Part shown: positions 63,224-64,000 of the stretch, piece by piece
Position numbering within the stretch: position 1 is the first letter of the stretch
How the letters are laid out: the number at the start of each line of letters is the position of its first letter
IMG/VR virus record: IMGVR_UViG_3300025986_000001
Location: 1 to 64,000 of that record
Direction: 5' to 3' (one strand)
Length of the DNA: 64,000 nucleotides
Source: a virus
Lineage: Duplodnaviria; Caudoviricetes
Translations under genes and position numbers: made by a program
Notes under the pieces: model-generated
The model's input: only the letters and a program-made list of their open reading frames with translations
Told to the model about the DNA's origin: nothing
The model's database searches: none

Positions 63224-63520
63224 TCAGTACTGCTCGCCTATCTGCTCCAAGGCGGCCGTCAGCTTCAGCACCAGCCAGTCTCCCTCGACGTCGGCCGGGA
63301 CGACCTGAACCAGCAGCCGTACCGCTTCGCTCAGCTCGTCCCAGCGGGGGATCTGGGTGCTCACACCAGGCCCAGCGCTCCAGATGGCGCGCTTGCCTCG
63401 CAGCACCTGCCACAGGACGGTGTCACCGTCCGATCCGCTGCGGTGACCGTAGCGGATCCCGTCCGCCGTGGGGAATCGTCGCCGGACCAGCGCGGCAAGC
63501 TTGCTTGCCGCCGACATCAT
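63224..63520 (-). CDS. hypothetical protein
   Basis: ATGA overlap. Confidence 0.5.
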   Translation of the reverse strand: MMSAASKLAALVRRRFPTADGIRYGHRSGSDGDTVLWQVLRGKRAIWSAGPGVSTQIPRWDELSEAVRLLVQVVPADVEGDWLVLKLTAALEQIGEQY

Positions 63521-63969
63521 GCGTTCACCCACTCGCGCTTGCGGCAGAAGTCCCCGCAGTCCTCGTGACCCTGCGGGTCGTCCGGGTTGCAGCCGGCCCC
63601 CCACAGGGCGTGCCGAGTCTGGGCGCGCTCGAAGATTTCCCGCGCCTCGCCGACACTGCCGACCTTGCTGACCGAGACCTGCCCGGTGCTGGCTGTCCAG
63701 ACCAGGTAGTTACCCGCCGGGACGATCACCTCGCGCTCGTCGGCCTCGTCGGTCTGCCCGAGCCCGAAGACCTCGTCGGCGTAGACGATCACCACCGTAA
63801 GGTGGCCCTCGAAGTCGGTGTCACCGCACGAGTCCTCCGTTTGGTCGAGACTCCACGTGTACAGCGCCTCGTCGACGCAGCTGCCGAACTTGCCCAGGTG
63901 CCCCGGGCATTCGTACGGTTGCTCGTCGTCGCCGCGCTGCACGAACCGGCTGTTGCACTTCGGCAACAT
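63517..63969 (-). CDS. acidic hypothetical protein
   Basis: AGGAG SD. Confidence 0.6.
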   Translation of the reverse strand: MLPKCNSRFVQRGDDEQPYECPGHLGKFGSCVDEALYTWSLDQTEDSCGDTDFEGHLTVVIVYADEVFGLGQTDEADEREVIVPAGNYLVWTASTGQVSVSKVGSVGEAREIFERAQTRHALWGAGCNPDDPQGHEDCGDFCRKREWVNA

Positions 63970-63985
63970 GATCACTCCTACTTCT

Positions 63986-64000
63986 CCGTACGCACCGTGC
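63986..64000 (-). repeat. hairpin element truncated by the window end
   Basis: CCGTACGCACCGTGC = conserved 3' arm. Confidence 0.75.

Noticed and set aside
54058-64000. CRISPR array interpretation of the repeats
   Set aside because: Repeats are ~65 nt and variable, the intervals are hundreds to thousands of bp and protein-coding, and no cas genes are present.
1-64000. tRNA, rRNA, integrase, transposase or reverse transcriptase/DGR
   Set aside because: No recognisable motifs were found on either strand by eye.

Overview
High-GC (roughly 70%) actinomycete temperate siphophage or plasmid-phage. No host housekeeping block, rRNA, tRNA, CRISPR array or integrase is visible. 1-6.5 kb (+): end of the tail module (interrupted by a 3-gene antisense moron) and the lysis cassette. 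6.7-27.6 kb (mostly -): lambda-like replication module (initiator, DnaC-like loader, DnaB), regulators (tandem RHH, tandem HTH, WhiB), VRR-NUC, RNase H, dcd, vWA, RlaP-like nucleotidyltransferase, GGDEF cyclase and GIY-YIG. 27.6-36.4 kb (-): Streptomyces-type conjugation/spread operon ending in a TraB-like FtsK ATPase; its first gene, a membrane-anchored HTH protein, carries about 49 GAGACG hexamers in and just upstream of it. 36.5-38.3 kb: DUF6879/Xre-DUF5753 triad. 46.4-48.0 kb: RepA-like wHTH gene beside an AT-rich, palindrome-rich ori-like region. 38.8-64 kb (-): long run of small early genes (including two ArdA-like paralogues) punctuated by about 13 copies of a conserved, covarying ~65-nt hairpin placed between a stop codon and the next RBS. 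The strongest candidates for undescribed biology are this hairpin-delimited cassette array and the hexamer-loaded membrane/HTH gene. All family assignments come from motif recognition by eye, not database searches.
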